64,000 bases of DNA from Candidatus Eiseniibacteriota bacterium (GCA_963823555.1 CAWGMA010000001.1:1632001-1696000); one strand, 5' to 3'; positions 40,215 through 52,411 are shown, numbered from the stretch's first letter. The notes: generated by a model not told the origin, from the letters alone. A program made the numbers and translations.

Positions 40215-40879
40215 GCGAGCTGCGCGGCCAGCACCGTCGGCGCGAAGCTCCGGCGATGGATCGGGCACGGCCCGTGGCGGCGTAGGGCGGCGACATGGGC
40301 GGCCGTGCCGTAGCCGCGGTTGTGGTCGAAGCCGTATTCGGGGTAGAGGCGATGGTACTCGTCCATGAGCTCGTCGCGATGGACCTTGGCCAGGATGGAG
40401 GCCGCAGCGATGGCGAGGCTTCGCCGATCCCCCCCGATCACCGGCTCCTGCCGGAACAGGAGATCGGGAATGGCATGACCGTCGACCAGGATCAGGTCGG
40501 GAACCAGCCCCAGCCCGGAGATGGCCCGGCGCATGGCGTCGAATGTGGCTTGCCGGATGTTGACCCGATCGATCACGTCGGCATCGACCCGGGCCACGGC
40601 ATGGTGGGGCACCGCGGCGCGAATGACCGGGGCGAGCTCCGCCCTTTCGTGGGGAGCGAGGCGTTTGGAATCGTCGACGCCGGGAAGGCGAACATCCCGG
40701 GGCAAGACCACGGCTGCCGCCACCACCGGCCCGGCCAGGGGGCCACGGCCGGCTTCATCGACGCCGCAGAGAAGAGGCACGTTGTGCCCCGCATCGAAAC
40801 GTCGGAGCGCGAGCCATCGCTGCGCCCGGCGCTTCGCTCTCAGCGTTGCTTCAGCGGGTCTCCTTGAGCTCAGCGACAC
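40205..40879 (-). CDS. rnhB: Ribonuclease HII
   Basis: GVDEAGRGPLAGPV, DSK, VDG, IAAASILAKV.RD, HRRSF. Confidence 0.93.
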   Translation of the reverse strand: MSLSSRRPAEATLRAKRRAQRWLALRRFDAGHNVPLLCGVDEAGRGPLAGPVVAAAVVLPRDVRLPGVDDSKRLAPHERAELAPVIRAAVPHHAVARVDADVIDRVNIRQATFDAMRRAISGLGLVPDLILVDGHAIPDLLFRQEPVIGGDRRSLAIAAASILAKVHRDELMDEYHRLYPEYGFDHNRGYGTAAHVAALRRHGPCPIHRRSFAPTVLAAQLACL

Positions 40880-41201
40880 GTGCTGCCTTGCCCTTCTTGC
40901 CGCGCAGGTAGAACAGCTTTGCCCGCCTCACCCGGCCCTGGCGCACCACCTCGACGGTGGTGATATTGCCGGAATGCAGGGGGAAAATGCGCTCGACACC
41001 GACACCAGCGGTGACCTTGCGCACGCTGAACGTGGCCTTCACTCCGGCGCCACGGCGTGCGATCACGGTCCCCTGGAATATCTGCACGCGTTCCTTCTCG
41101 CCCTCGACGACGCGGTAGTGAACCTTGACCGTATCGCCCACGCTGAATTGCGGCAGCTCCGCTCGGGCGTACTTAGACTCCACCAGACGTACGGGGTCCA
41201 T
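40851..41201 (-). CDS. rplS: 50S ribosomal protein L19
   Basis: GDTVKVH...[11 protein letters not shown]...GVERIFP...[12 protein letters not shown]. Confidence 0.96.
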   Translation of the reverse strand: MDPVRLVESKYARAELPQFSVGDTVKVHYRVVEGEKERVQIFQGTVIARRGAGVKATFSVRKVTAGVGVERIFPLHSGNITTVEVVRQGRVRRAKLFYLRGKKGKAARVAELKETR

Positions 41202-41973
41202 CGTTTGACTCCTTGCTCCTCTGTTCCCGTTCATATCCCTTCACACCGATGCGCTTCACTTGATCGGCGACCAAGCCTGTCCCCTCGCGGTCCCACCGAG
41301 CCAGAAGGTCCGGCCGCCGCTCGCGCGTGCGGCGGAGCGCCTCGGCCTGCCGCCACGCGCGAATTCGCGCGTGGTTCCCCGAGAGCAGCACCTCCGGCAC
41401 CTTGAGCCCCTCGAACTCCTCGGGTCGCGTGTAGAGCGGCCCCTCGAGCAGCCCGCTCTCGATCGAATCCGACTCCGCCGATTCCTGATTGCCCAGCACG
41501 CCCTCGAACAGCCGCGTCATGCACTCGACGAGCACGAGCGCCGCCAGCTCTCCACCCGACAGCACATAGTCCCCGATCGACACCTCGTCGTGGACATAGC
41601 GCTCGATGACCCTTTGATCGACTCCCTTGTAGCGGCCGCAGATGAGAATGATCCGCCGTTCCTGAGCGAACTCTCGCACTTCGGCCTGGGTCAGCAGTCG
41701 CCCCTGCGCGCTCATCAAGATGCACCGCGCGCTCCCCCCCAGGTCGGTCCGCGCCCGTTCGATGGCAGCCTTCAGCGGCAAGGGAGTCATGACCATCCCC
41801 GGACCGCCGCCGTACGGATAGTCATCCACCGAGCGATAGCGGTCGGAGGCGAAATCCCGGATATCGATGACCTCGGGGTCGAGGAGCCCCCTCTCGCAAG
41901 CGACTCGCACCATGCCGTGGTCGAAGAACGGCCGGACGAGATCAGGGAAGATGGTGAGCACGGCCAGCTTCAT
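41173..41973 (-). CDS. trmD: tRNA (guanine37-N1)-methyltransferase
   Basis: [44 protein letters not shown]. Confidence 0.95.
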   Translation of the reverse strand: MKLAVLTIFPDLVRPFFDHGMVRVACERGLLDPEVIDIRDFASDRYRSVDDYPYGGGPGMVMTPLPLKAAIERARTDLGGSARCILMSAQGRLLTQAEVREFAQERRIILICGRYKGVDQRVIERYVHDEVSIGDYVLSGGELAALVLVECMTRLFEGVLGNQESAESDSIESGLLEGPLYTRPEEFEGLKVPEVLLSGNHARIRAWRQAEALRRTRERRPDLLARWDREGTGLVADQVKRIGVKGYEREQRSKESNDGPRTSGGV

Positions 41974-42551
41974 CGCCCCGCCTCGGACCCGTCCGCAGCG
42001 GACTCGGACGCCGCCGGTTCATCCTCGAAGAGCCCGGGGAGTGGATGGACGGTCATCCGGCCCGCGGCGACGTCGACTCCCACGACGACCTCCCGGATGG
42101 CCGGGATCAGGACCTCCCCACCCGCGCCGCGCACGACGTACACGTCATTGGCACCTGTCTCGATGATCGACTCGAGCCGACCCACCGTGACCCCATCCGT
42201 GCGCACGACCTCGAGACCGATGAGCTCGAAATGATAGTTCTCGTCCGGAGCCGGCGGCGGCACATCGCGGCTGCTGACGGCCAGCAGGCGGCCGACCAGG
42301 CGGTTCTTGGCCTCCTGGCGGTCATGGATGTCAGCGAAGCGCATCAGGTACTCTCGCTGCAACTGGCGGCTCGAGGTGATGGCGTGCGTGGTCACTCCAC
42401 CGTCGCTGTCGACGATCAGGACTTCGGTCAACTTGTCGAAGCGATCAGCGACATCGCTGAGCGGGCGCACGACGACCTCGCCCTGGATGCCGCGCACCTT
42501 GACGATCTCACCGACCACGACGTGATCGCTCTCTTCTTCCAGGCCTGCCAT
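41970..42551 (-). CDS. rimM: Ribosome maturation factor RimM
   Basis: [35 protein letters not shown]. Confidence 0.93.
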   Translation of the reverse strand: MAGLEEESDHVVVGEIVKVRGIQGEVVVRPLSDVADRFDKLTEVLIVDSDGGVTTHAITSSRQLQREYLMRFADIHDRQEAKNRLVGRLLAVSSRDVPPPAPDENYHFELIGLEVVRTDGVTVGRLESIIETGANDVYVVRGAGGEVLIPAIREVVVGVDVAAGRMTVHPLPGLFEDEPAASESAADGSEAGR

Positions 42552-42565
42552 CTCATCCAGTCTCG

Positions 42566-42871
42566 TCAGTCTCGAATGTCGAGCTCGACCTCGCGCCCTT
42601 CACGTACGGCGCTGAGCGCCAGCAAAGTGCGAATGGCCTTCGCCGTGCGCCCGTTTCGTCCGATCACGTTGCCCAGATCCACCGGAGCAACCCGCAGCTC
42701 CAGGAGCGATCCGGATTCCCGTTTGAGCTCGGAGACCTGGACCGACCCAGGATCATCAACGAGACCCTTCGCAAGGTAGACGACGAAGTCACGCGGGCCG
42801 CTGGTCGGCTCCAGCTGCGAGGCCGGCGTCCGCCGTCCCCGCATCACTCTGTTCCGTGGCCGCCTTTTCAT
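42566..42871 (-). CDS. khpA: KH-domain RNA-binding protein
   Basis: LAKGLVDDP..V.V...LRVAP.DLGNVIGRNGRTAKAIRTLL; located between rpsP and rimM. Start may be further downstream. Confidence 0.88.
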   Translation of the reverse strand: MKRRPRNRVMRGRRTPASQLEPTSGPRDFVVYLAKGLVDDPGSVQVSELKRESGSLLELRVAPVDLGNVIGRNGRTAKAIRTLLALSAVREGREVELDIRD

Positions 42872-42880
42872 GGTGTGGTC

Positions 42881-43249
42881 TTACTCTGCCGGCGGGGCTT
42901 CGGGGGCCGGGGCTGCCGCTTCCGCCGCCGGAGCTGCAGGGATCTCGGCCGACTTGCCCTTGGTCTTGCTGCCGGCGCGCTTCCTCTCCTTCTGCGACAT
43001 CGCCGGCGCGCCCTTCAGCTTGCGCTTGATGAGCCGGTCGACGGTTTCGGAGGGCTGGGCGCCCTTCTTGATCCACTCCGTGACCTTCTCCTCCGAGAAC
43101 TCGATCACTTCCGGACGCGACATCGGGTTGTAGTAGCCGAGCATCTCGATGAAGCGGCCGTCGCGCCGCATGCGCGAGTCGGCCACGACCATGTGATAGA
43201 AGGGACGCTTGCGCGATCCCGCGCGCCGCAATCGAATCACTACCGCCAT
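42881..43249 (-). CDS. rpsP: 30S ribosomal protein S16
   Basis: [38 protein letters not shown]. Confidence 0.96.
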   Translation of the reverse strand: MAVVIRLRRAGSRKRPFYHMVVADSRMRRDGRFIEMLGYYNPMSRPEVIEFSEEKVTEWIKKGAQPSETVDRLIKRKLKGAPAMSQKERKRAGSKTKGKSAEIPAAPAAEAAAPAPEAPPAE

Positions 43250-43330
43250 GAACTCTCCTCAGATTGTCTCTTGGATCCTCATCCTGCTGTCACCTGGCTG
43301 CCTGCAAACCAGTCGGCAACCAGCTTCCGA

Positions 43331-44635
43331 TTATCGGAAACGCATCCGGCCCAGACGGCCGCCGCCCATACGCTTCATGAGCTGCTGCATTTGCGTGAAC
43401 TGCTTGAGCAAACGATTCAGGTCCTGCACCGTCATCCCCGACCCGCGCGCGATGCGGAGCCGCCGGCTGCCATCGATGATCTGCGGCCGCTGCCGCTCCT
43501 CGGGCGTCATCGAGCAGATCATGCCCTCGATTCGCCTGAGAGCGCCTTCGTCGACTTTCAGATCCCCGATCGCCCCCATCCCGGGCAGCATCTTGAGCAG
43601 ATCCTCGAGCGGCCCCAGCTTCCGGAGCTGCCTGAGCTGATTCAGGAAGTCCTCGAGCGTGAAGCCTTCCTTGCGGAGCTTGGCTTCGAGCCGCTCGGCC
43701 TCCTCCACGTCAATGGCTTCCTGCGCCTTCTCGACCAGCGACACCACGTCGCCCATGCCGAGAATGCGCGATGCCATGCGCTCCGGATAGAAGCCGTCCA
43801 GGGCATCGATCCGCTCGCCCACCGACGCCAGCTTGATCGGCTTGCCGGTCACGGTGCGGATCGAGAGCGCCGCCCCGCCCCGGGCGTCCCCATCGAGCTT
43901 GGTCAGCACGACGCCGTCGATACCGAGCTCCGCATCGAAGGTGCTCGCCGTGCGCACCGCATCCTGGCCGGTCATGGCATCCACGACGAGCAGCACCTCG
44001 TCGGGCCTCACCTTGGCCTTGAGCGCGCGCAGCTCGTTCATCATCTCGGCGTCGACGTGCAAGCGACCCGCCGAGTCGATGATGACCAGATCATACCCCC
44101 CGGCGCCGGCGAGCGCCTCAGCCGCCACCGCCACGGCGTCACCGGCGTCGCGACGGGAGAAGACCGATACCCCGCATTCGCGGCCGAGGACCTCGAGCTG
44201 ATCGATGGCCGCCGGCCGCACCAGGTCCGCGGCCACCAGCAACGGCCGCTCGCCCTGCTTCTGGGCCCGTCGCGCCAGCTTGGCGGCGAGCGTCGTCTTG
44301 CCCGAACCCTGCAGGCCAGCGAGGAGAATGACCGTGGGCGGCGTCGTCGCCCGTGCGATCTCGGCCGCGGTCCCACCCAGGAGCCCGACCAGCTCGTCAT
44401 GGACGATCTTGATCACCTGCTGGCCCGGCTGGATGGACTTGAATACCTCCTGCCCCACTGCCTTCGCCTCGACCCGGCGCACGAAGTCCCGCACCACCTC
44501 GTAGTGGACGTCAGCCTCAAGGAGCGCCCGTCGCACCTCGCGCAGCGAGTCGCGAACGTTCTCCTCGGTTAGCTTGCCGCGGTCGCGCAGGGCACGAAAG
44601 ACCTGCCCGAGCCGACCCGTTAGCTCGTCGAACAT
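43331..44635 (-). CDS. ffh: Signal recognition particle protein
   Basis: MFDELT, ALLEADV, GLQGSGKTT, DSAGR, TKLDGDARGG, RILGMGD, SMTPEER. Confidence 0.96.
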   Translation of the reverse strand: MFDELTGRLGQVFRALRDRGKLTEENVRDSLREVRRALLEADVHYEVVRDFVRRVEAKAVGQEVFKSIQPGQQVIKIVHDELVGLLGGTAAEIARATTPPTVILLAGLQGSGKTTLAAKLARRAQKQGERPLLVAADLVRPAAIDQLEVLGRECGVSVFSRRDAGDAVAVAAEALAGAGGYDLVIIDSAGRLHVDAEMMNELRALKAKVRPDEVLLVVDAMTGQDAVRTASTFDAELGIDGVVLTKLDGDARGGAALSIRTVTGKPIKLASVGERIDALDGFYPERMASRILGMGDVVSLVEKAQEAIDVEEAERLEAKLRKEGFTLEDFLNQLRQLRKLGPLEDLLKMLPGMGAIGDLKVDEGALRRIEGMICSMTPEERQRPQIIDGSRRLRIARGSGMTVQDLNRLLKQFTQMQQLMKRMGGGRLGRMRFR

Positions 44636-44788
44636 CCGATTCCAAACCGGTTTAGCGGGGGTGTTGAACGCCGGCGGGTGCGCGCACTCGCGGGGCCGAA
44701 GCGAATGGGAAAGGCTACCAGCGGCCGGTACCCGGCTCAAGCCCGAAGATTGCCGGCAGTTAGCTGGTTCGCGGCCCGCGAGGACCCG

Positions 44789-45472
44789 CTATGCGGCCCC
44801 GGTCGCACCCTGGGCGGCGGCGCGCAGGGCCCGGACCGCCGCCGCCGCATCCCCGCGCCCGAAGACAGCGCTTCCGGCCACCAGGACCTCGGCCCCCGCC
44901 GCCACCACCTCGGCCGCGGTGGCCGGGCCGATGCCGCCGTCGACCTCGATCACGTACTCGAGGCCGTGGCGCGCCTTCCACTCCGCAGCCGCCGCGATCT
45001 TCGCCACCACGTCCTTGCGGAAGGACTGGCCGGCGAACCCGGGGTGCACGGTCATGATGAGAAGCAGGTCGAACGCAGGGAGGACGTCGCGCGCCTCAGC
45101 GAACGGGGTGGCGGGGTTCAACACCAACCCGGGCCGGGCGCCCGCGGCGCGGATCTGAGCCGCCGCCGCCGCCGCATCATCGACGACTTCCCAGTGCAGG
45201 CTGATCCAGTCGGCCCCCGCCTTGGTGAATGACTCGACGAAGGCGAGGGGGTCGGTCACCATGAGATGCGCATCGAAGGGGAGCGTCGTCACACGGCGGG
45301 CGCTCGCCACGACGGCGGGCCCGATGGTCAGATTCGGCACGAAGTGCCCATCCATGACATCGAGATGAATCCAGTCGGCTCCCCCGGCCTCCGCGGCCTG
45401 GATCTCCTCGGCCAGGCGGCCGAAATCAGCGGACAGGATCGATGGGGCAATGCGCACGCTCGGTGTCTTCAA
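44789..45472 (-). CDS. rpe: Ribulose-phosphate 3-epimerase
   Basis: IAPSILSADF, HLDVMDGHFVPN, DAHLM, MTVHPGFAGQ, EVDGG. Confidence 0.95.
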   Translation of the reverse strand: MKTPSVRIAPSILSADFGRLAEEIQAAEAGGADWIHLDVMDGHFVPNLTIGPAVVASARRVTTLPFDAHLMVTDPLAFVESFTKAGADWISLHWEVVDDAAAAAAQIRAAGARPGLVLNPATPFAEARDVLPAFDLLLIMTVHPGFAGQSFRKDVVAKIAAAAEWKARHGLEYVIEVDGGIGPATAAEVVAAGAEVLVAGSAVFGRGDAAAAVRALRAAAQGATGAA

Positions 45473-46257
45473 CGCCAGCCTCCGCGTCCCGAGGCGACCA
45501 CGAGCTCGAGCAACTCCCCGCTCTGGATCCGATATCCCGGCGGCGGCTGCTGCTCGAGAATCTCTCCGGCACTCGCGTCCGGAGCGCCGCGCGTGCGCGT
45601 CGTCAAGCGAATCCCCGACCGTTCCAGCAATGAGCTCACCTCTTCGACATGCCGGCCGCGGAGATCGGGCACGAGATACGTGACGGGGAGCGGCCCGAGA
45701 CTGACCAGGAGATCGACCCGCGACTGCGGCTCGACGTGGGAGGCGGGCGGCGGATCGGAGGTGATCACGGCATCCTTGTCCGCGGTCTCCGAATGGGCGG
45801 TCGCCACGCGCCCGGCACGCAGACCGGCCTTTGCCAGCATGACCTGAGCCTCCCGCATGTCGGCTCCAGACAGGTCGGGCACTTCTTGTCCCTCGCTTCC
45901 GATCGACACCGTGATCCTCACTTCGCGCCCTGACTTGACGCGGCTCATCGCCGGGGGATCCTGATCGGTCACGATGCCATCGGGGAAGCTGGCGCTCCAC
46001 TCCTCGATGATCTGGCCGAGACGCAGCCCTTCGGACTCCAGCACATGCTGAGCGCTGGCGGTCGAGCGGCCGACGACATCGGGAACCTGAACCTCGTCCC
46101 CGTGACCGAGAAGCACGGGCATGATGACGTAGTTGAAGGCGACGACGCCGATCACGAAACCCGCGGCAGCCAGGAGGGCGAAGCGGAGACCGGCCGCCCA
46201 CAGCGGGCTAGATCTGCGGGCGGCCGGAATGCGGGATACCGGAGCGGAAGGAGCCAA
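45469..46257 (-). CDS. PASTA domain-containing membrane protein
   Basis: N-terminal TM helix plus three VPD-initiated PASTA repeats. Confidence 0.88.
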   Translation of the reverse strand: MAPSAPVSRIPAARRSSPLWAAGLRFALLAAAGFVIGVVAFNYVIMPVLLGHGDEVQVPDVVGRSTASAQHVLESEGLRLGQIIEEWSASFPDGIVTDQDPPAMSRVKSGREVRITVSIGSEGQEVPDLSGADMREAQVMLAKAGLRAGRVATAHSETADKDAVITSDPPPASHVEPQSRVDLLVSLGPLPVTYLVPDLRGRHVEEVSSLLERSGIRLTTRTRGAPDASAGEILEQQPPPGYRIQSGELLELVVASGRGGWR

Positions 46258-46295
46258 GGGCGATCCTCCTCAAACTTGGCACCGGAGAGGGCTCT

Positions 46296-48089
46296 TCAGG
46301 GTCTTCGCATATCACGGCGCGGCTTGGCGTGCAAGTCGGCCGGGCGCGGTGATGCTCGCACCCCGCGCCCGGCGCCCTCGCTGGCGTCGTCCTCGGCGGC
46401 GGGATCGGACTCCCCTTCTTCCATGTCCGCTCTTGCCACTTCGAGAGCGGATCGGTGGCGCAACCGCACGGCGAACACCCCATCGGTCCCGCACTGATCG
46501 TGGAGGACGCGCACGAAACCCTCCGGGCTCAGTGCCGCAGCGGGAAGTCCAGGGCCCGGACGTTCGATCGCCCAGTCGGGATGGCGCTCGAGAAAGCGCG
46601 CGACCTGCTCCTCGCACTCCTCCGGCTCGAAGCTGCATACCGAATAGACCAGCGCCCCCTCGGGATGGACGAGGGTCGCCGCGTGATCCAAGAGCTCGGC
46701 CTGCAGTGGGACCATCTCGGTGAAGATGGACTCGGTCTTCCGCCATCTGGCATCAGCGCGCCTCCTGAGCACGCCCAGCCCCGAGCAGGGCGCATCGACC
46801 AGGACGCGATCGAAGCTCAGGGGCCGACCGAAGCTGCGGCCGTCGCCCTGGACCAGATCGGCCTTCCCTCCCAGTCGCGCGAGACCCTCCCCCGCGCGCC
46901 GCAGCCGGGACGGAGACACCTCGACGCCCACGACCTGCGCCGCCCCCCGGCTCCACTCGATGATGTGCCCGAGCTTCCCACCCGGCCCCGCGCAGAGATC
47001 GACCACACGCTGGCCGGGTCGCGGATTCAGGAGCGGTACCACGAGCGCCTCGCTCTCATCCTGGACGGTGAACCTTCCCGCCCGGAATGCGGGGATCTCG
47101 TAGATGACGGCACCGACAGGCAGACGCAGGCAATCGGGGCTCAGATTGCCCTCTTCCGCAGCAATGCCCGCGCGGTTCAGCTCGCGCTTGAGGTCGAGGG
47201 CATGGGCGCGAAGGCGGTTGACGCGGATCGAGACGACCGCGGGGTCGTTATTGACGGCGAGCAATCGCTGCGTGCGCTCGCGGCCATAGCGTGCCAGCCA
47301 TCGCCGTACGATCCAATCGGGGTGGGACTCGTAAACGCCGAGAGCCTGAACGAGCTCGGTCTCCTCGTCGGGAAAGCGGATGTCGTGCAGGGCTTCGGGC
47401 AAACGGCGCAGCACCGCGTTGGTGAGACCCGCTGTTCCCGGATGGCCGTACTTCGTGGCCAGGGCCACGGTCTCGTCGACGGCCGCATGGCGGGGAACGC
47501 GATCGAGAAAGAGCAGCTGATACGCTCCCATGCGCAAGCACAGTCGGATCCAGATCGGAAGCTCGCTGATCGGGCGCCGCATGAGCTGATCGAGCACATG
47601 GTCGATGCGCCGTTGATAGCGCAGCGTGCCCTGGACGAGCTGGGTCGCCAGCCGGCGGTCGTTGTCTCCGAGACGGGCTTCGGACAGGCTGCGATCGAGG
47701 AGCCGATCGGCGAACGCGGCCCTGCTCTCGACCGCGAAGAGAACGCGCAGCGCCACCTCGCGCACCGGCGTTCGCGGGTGCGCGGGGGTGGCTGGGCGCG
47801 AAACCACGGTCGCTCCGGCCCCCCGCCGAGCCGGCTCGCGGCCGGGGCCAGAGGGTCGCGGCCCGCCGGATCGGTCGCTCGCCGGGCGAGGACCGCCGCG
47901 CCCTTTCCCTGGCTCGCGGCGATCGTCGCGCCTTGGCCTTCCGCCTCCGCCCCGGGGCGGCCCGCTCTCGTCCCGCCGCGGACGGCGGCCCCCGCTCTCG
48001 GGGCCCCGGCCACCGCCTCCTCGCGGGCGGCCTCCACCGCGATCGCTACGCTCGCCGGCCTGTGCCTCCCGATCGTTCCCTCGGCTCAT
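46296..48089 (-). CDS. rsmB: 16S rRNA m5C967 methyltransferase RsmB with Arg/Gly-rich N-terminal extension
   Basis: NusB-like domain; QDES, DLCAGPGGK, VDAPCSGLG, YSVCS. Confidence 0.92.
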   Translation of the reverse strand: MSRGNDREAQAGERSDRGGGRPRGGGGRGPESGGRRPRRDESGPPRGGGGRPRRDDRREPGKGRGGPRPASDRSGGPRPSGPGREPARRGAGATVVSRPATPAHPRTPVREVALRVLFAVESRAAFADRLLDRSLSEARLGDNDRRLATQLVQGTLRYQRRIDHVLDQLMRRPISELPIWIRLCLRMGAYQLLFLDRVPRHAAVDETVALATKYGHPGTAGLTNAVLRRLPEALHDIRFPDEETELVQALGVYESHPDWIVRRWLARYGRERTQRLLAVNNDPAVVSIRVNRLRAHALDLKRELNRAGIAAEEGNLSPDCLRLPVGAVIYEIPAFRAGRFTVQDESEALVVPLLNPRPGQRVVDLCAGPGGKLGHIIEWSRGAAQVVGVEVSPSRLRRAGEGLARLGGKADLVQGDGRSFGRPLSFDRVLVDAPCSGLGVLRRRADARWRKTESIFTEMVPLQAELLDHAATLVHPEGALVYSVCSFEPEECEEQVARFLERHPDWAIERPGPGLPAAALSPEGFVRVLHDQCGTDGVFAVRLRHRSALEVARADMEEGESDPAAEDDASEGAGRGVRASPRPADLHAKPRRDMRRP

Positions 48090-48111
48090 CTCGTCATCCT
48101 TCGTGTCTCGA

Positions 48112-49128
48112 TCACGCCTGGCCCGGCGGCCGCGCCGCGCCGGGCGGGCGATGGAGAGTGGTCAGCTCGGCCTGGGCGGCGGCCGCCCCCGGCAGGGATT
48201 CCCAGCGTGCGCCACCGGCCAGCCGGCGGCCGCAGGCGAAGGCCAAAGCCGTCATCTCACGCTTCCCGGAGGGCTTCACCCGGGTGATTCGCAGCCGCCC
48301 CTCCCCTGTCGCGACCTCCATGCCTCCCTCGGAGCAGGAGAGAATCGTACCGGGCCTGCCCCCGGCATCCCCTTGCTCGGGATCGGCCGCGAGAATCTCG
48401 ACCACCTCGCCACCCAGCACGGCCCGCGTTCCCGGCCAGCCCTGAAGCGCCCGGATCTGCCGATCCGTCCACTCCGCCGGCCGCTCCCAATCAACGTGCC
48501 CATGCTCCTTCGCGAGGCGCGGAGCATACGTCGCCCCCTCCTCGCCCTGGGGCTGGGGCCGGATGTCCCCGCTCGCCACCCCCGTCACCGTGCGTGCCAC
48601 CAGGTCCGCGCCCGACTCGGCCAGGCGAGCGGCGAGGGCCAGGGCACCCTCGCGCCCCCCGACCACGGTTGATTCGACGAGCAAGAGGTCGCCGGTGTCC
48701 ACCCCCTCGTCCATCCGGATCGTGGCCACGGCCGTCTCGCGATCGCCCGCCAGGATCGTCCACGGGATCGGCGCCACACCGCGGTGGCGCGGCAACCGTG
48801 AAGGGTGGAGGTTCACCGCCATCATTTGCGGCAGATCGAGCACCGCCCGCCTGAGGATCAGACCGAAGGCGACGACGACGATGAGATCGGGATGGAAGTC
48901 CCTGAGCGGCGCCAGCGCGCCGTCCCCGCGCAACGTGGCTCGCTCGAGCACCGGAACCGCGAGTCGCGCCGCCGCCGCGGCGACCGGCGACGGCCTCGGC
49001 TTCAAGCCCCGGCCCGCCGGCCGGGCCGGCTGGCTGACGGCAAGGAGCTCGTGGCCTTGGGCGACAAGGCGCTCGAGCGTGGGGACCGCGAAATCGGGCG
49101 TCCCCATGAAGAGGATGCGGAGCGCCAT
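48112..49128 (-). CDS. fmt: Methionyl-tRNA formyltransferase
   Basis: ILFMGTPDFAV, VVAFG, NLHPSRLPRHRG, MDEGVDTGD. Confidence 0.94.
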   Translation of the reverse strand: MALRILFMGTPDFAVPTLERLVAQGHELLAVSQPARPAGRGLKPRPSPVAAAAARLAVPVLERATLRGDGALAPLRDFHPDLIVVVAFGLILRRAVLDLPQMMAVNLHPSRLPRHRGVAPIPWTILAGDRETAVATIRMDEGVDTGDLLLVESTVVGGREGALALAARLAESGADLVARTVTGVASGDIRPQPQGEEGATYAPRLAKEHGHVDWERPAEWTDRQIRALQGWPGTRAVLGGEVVEILAADPEQGDAGGRPGTILSCSEGGMEVATGEGRLRITRVKPSGKREMTALAFACGRRLAGGARWESLPGAAAAQAELTTLHRPPGAARPPGQA

Positions 49129-49161
49129 GGTGAATGGAGAAACTGGGAGAGAGTTGCCGGC

Positions 49162-49698
49162 CTAGGATGCCGCCAGTTCGGCGGCGATCGAATCGAGCTG
49201 CTTTCTGAGCAACTGCCGCTTCAACGCCGAGAGTCGATCGATGAACAGCACGCCGTCCAGGTGGTCCATCTCGTGCTGAATGGCACGCGCGACGAGACCC
49301 CGCCCTTCGATGCGGAACGGTCTCCCCTCGACGTCGACCGCCTCCAGCGTGACCCGGGCGTCGCGCTTCACCGACTCGCGCAAGCCGGGGATGGACAGAC
49401 ATCCTTCTTCGGACATGATCTGCCCCTCGCTGGCAACCACGCGGGGATTCACCGCTGCGAAGCGCAAGACGGCACTATCAGGATCCTGCGGTTCCTCCGG
49501 GCAATCGACGACGAACACGCGGAGCGACACCCCGATCTGCGGCGCCGCGAGCCCTGCTCCCTCTTCGGCCGTGCAGGTCTCGTACATGTCCTCGACCAGA
49601 CGGTGCAGCTCCGGAGTGCCCAGATCGTCGGCGTCGACATGAGCCGCTTTGGCCCGCAACACCGGATCTCCATAGAAGCGCAGATTACGTCTCGCCAT
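49162..49698 (-). CDS. def: Peptide deformylase
   Basis: GAGLAAPQIG, EGCLS, QHEMDHLDG. Confidence 0.95.
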   Translation of the reverse strand: MARRNLRFYGDPVLRAKAAHVDADDLGTPELHRLVEDMYETCTAEEGAGLAAPQIGVSLRVFVVDCPEEPQDPDSAVLRFAAVNPRVVASEGQIMSEEGCLSIPGLRESVKRDARVTLEAVDVEGRPFRIEGRGLVARAIQHEMDHLDGVLFIDRLSALKRQLLRKQLDSIAAELAAS

Positions 49699-50014
49699 CC
49701 TTCGATCTTCCCTTGAGCGCGGTGACCGACTGCTTGGCCACCTCTACCTTGGTGTTTTCAGCGATCTTCAACACTACCACGTCGTCGCGCGTTCCGACAA
49801 CCACGCCATAGATACCACCCTGCGTCAGCACCTCGTCGCCCTTCTTGAGACCCGAGATCATCTGAGCGTGCTCGCGCTGGCGCTTGGCCTGTGGCCGAAT
49901 CAGCAGCATGTAGAAGATGACGAAGATGAGAAAGAACGGGACGAGCTGTACCCAGAACGGCGCCGCCTCGGCTCCCCCTTGCGGCCGCGCCATCGCCAGC
50001 ACAACACCCAACAT
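49685..50014 (-). CDS. yajC: Preprotein translocase subunit YajC
   Basis: IFYMLLIRPQ.KR...LKKGDEVLT.GGIYG. Confidence 0.93.
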   Translation of the reverse strand: MLGVVLAMARPQGGAEAAPFWVQLVPFFLIFVIFYMLLIRPQAKRQREHAQMISGLKKGDEVLTQGGIYGVVVGTRDDVVVLKIAENTKVEVAKQSVTALKGRSKDGET

Positions 50015-50053
50015 GCTCGACCTCCCGTGGTGACCGACCCAGGGACTCCCGGC

Positions 50054-51280
<1,227 letters not shown>

Positions 51281-52411
51281 TCACACGATGAGCATGGCGT
51301 CGCCGTAGGAGAAGAAGAGATAGCCCCGCGCCACGGCTTCGGCATAGGCGGCCAGGACCTGTTCGCGACCCGCGAAAGCGGCAACCAGCATCAGGAGCGT
51401 GGAGCGCGGGAGATGGAAATTGGTGACCAGGGCGTCGACCGCGAGGTATTCGAACGGCGGGTGAATGAAGAGGTCCGTCTCGCCGGTCCCGGGGGCGACC
51501 ACTTCCGCCGCGTCCTTGGCCCTCCCCAGACGGGCCTGAGTCTCGAGCGTGCGCACGACCGTGGTTCCGACGGCGACCACCCGCCCGCCGGCCGCCCGCG
51601 TGGCGGCGATGGCAGCCGCCGCCTCCGCCGGCAGCTCGAACCATTCCGGATCCAGTCGGTGATCGCGGATGTCAGCGGCCTGGACCGGGCGGAAGGTGCC
51701 GGGTCCGGTATGCAGGACGAGTCGGGCGATGCGCAGTCCGCCGCTGCCCATCCGGGCCAGGAGTTCGGGCGTGAAGTGGAGCCCGGCCGTGGGGGCGGCC
51801 ACCGCCCCCGGAACGCGCGAGAAGACGGTCTGGTAATCAGCGACGTCTCGCTCGTCGTCCTCCCGCCTGAGATAGGGCGGGATCGGCACATGGCCGAATT
51901 CATCCAGCAGGTCCTCGAGCGGACGCTTGCCTGCAAGGCGCACCAGCCGGCGTCCCCGTGGTGTCACGGCCAGGACCTCACCGGTGATCGCCCCATCCGC
52001 GAACACGAGGCGAGCCCCGGGAAACAGGCTCCGTCCCGGGCGTCCGAGGGCTTCCCACACGTCATCGGCGCGCCGGGCCACGAGCAAGAGCTCGACGCGC
52101 CCGCCGCTGGCGGCGCGCGATCCATAGAGCCGGGCCTTGATGACCCGCGTCTCATTGAGGACAAGGCAGTCCCCGGGTTGCAGGTAGCGCTCGAGGTCGG
52201 CGAATCGAGCATGCTCGATGGCTTTCTTCCCGTCGCGGGGCAGGACCAGGAGTCGCGCCTGGTCGCGGATCGCCGGCGGTCGGGTGGCGATGAGCTCCGG
52301 CGGCAACCGGTACTCATAGGAGCCCGTGCGATAGTCCTCCTCCACCGGTGCCGTCGCCCGTGATCGAACCACCGTTTGCGGCCGATCGCCGCCTGTCTCT
52401 TCGTTCACCAC
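51281..52411 (-). CDS. queA: S-adenosylmethionine:tRNA ribosyltransferase-isomerase
   Basis: YQTVF, AAPTAGLHF, VGTTVVRTLE, TNFHLPRSTL, FSYGDAM. Confidence 0.95.
   Translation of the reverse strand: MVNEETGGDRPQTVVRSRATAPVEEDYRTGSYEYRLPPELIATRPPAIRDQARLLVLPRDGKKAIEHARFADLERYLQPGDCLVLNETRVIKARLYGSRAASGGRVELLLVARRADDVWEALGRPGRSLFPGARLVFADGAITGEVLAVTPRGRRLVRLAGKRPLEDLLDEFGHVPIPPYLRREDDERDVADYQTVFSRVPGAVAAPTAGLHFTPELLARMGSGGLRIARLVLHTGPGTFRPVQAADIRDHRLDPEWFELPAEAAAAIAATRAAGGRVVAVGTTVVRTLETQARLGRAKDAAEVVAPGTGETDLFIHPPFEYLAVDALVTNFHLPRSTLLMLVAAFAGREQVLAAYAEAVARGYLFFSYGDAMLIV

Noticed and set aside
44636..44788. SRP RNA or tRNA near ffh and in other intergenic gaps
   Set aside because: No SRP domain IV motif or tRNA cloverleaf recognised by eye; no selC seen.
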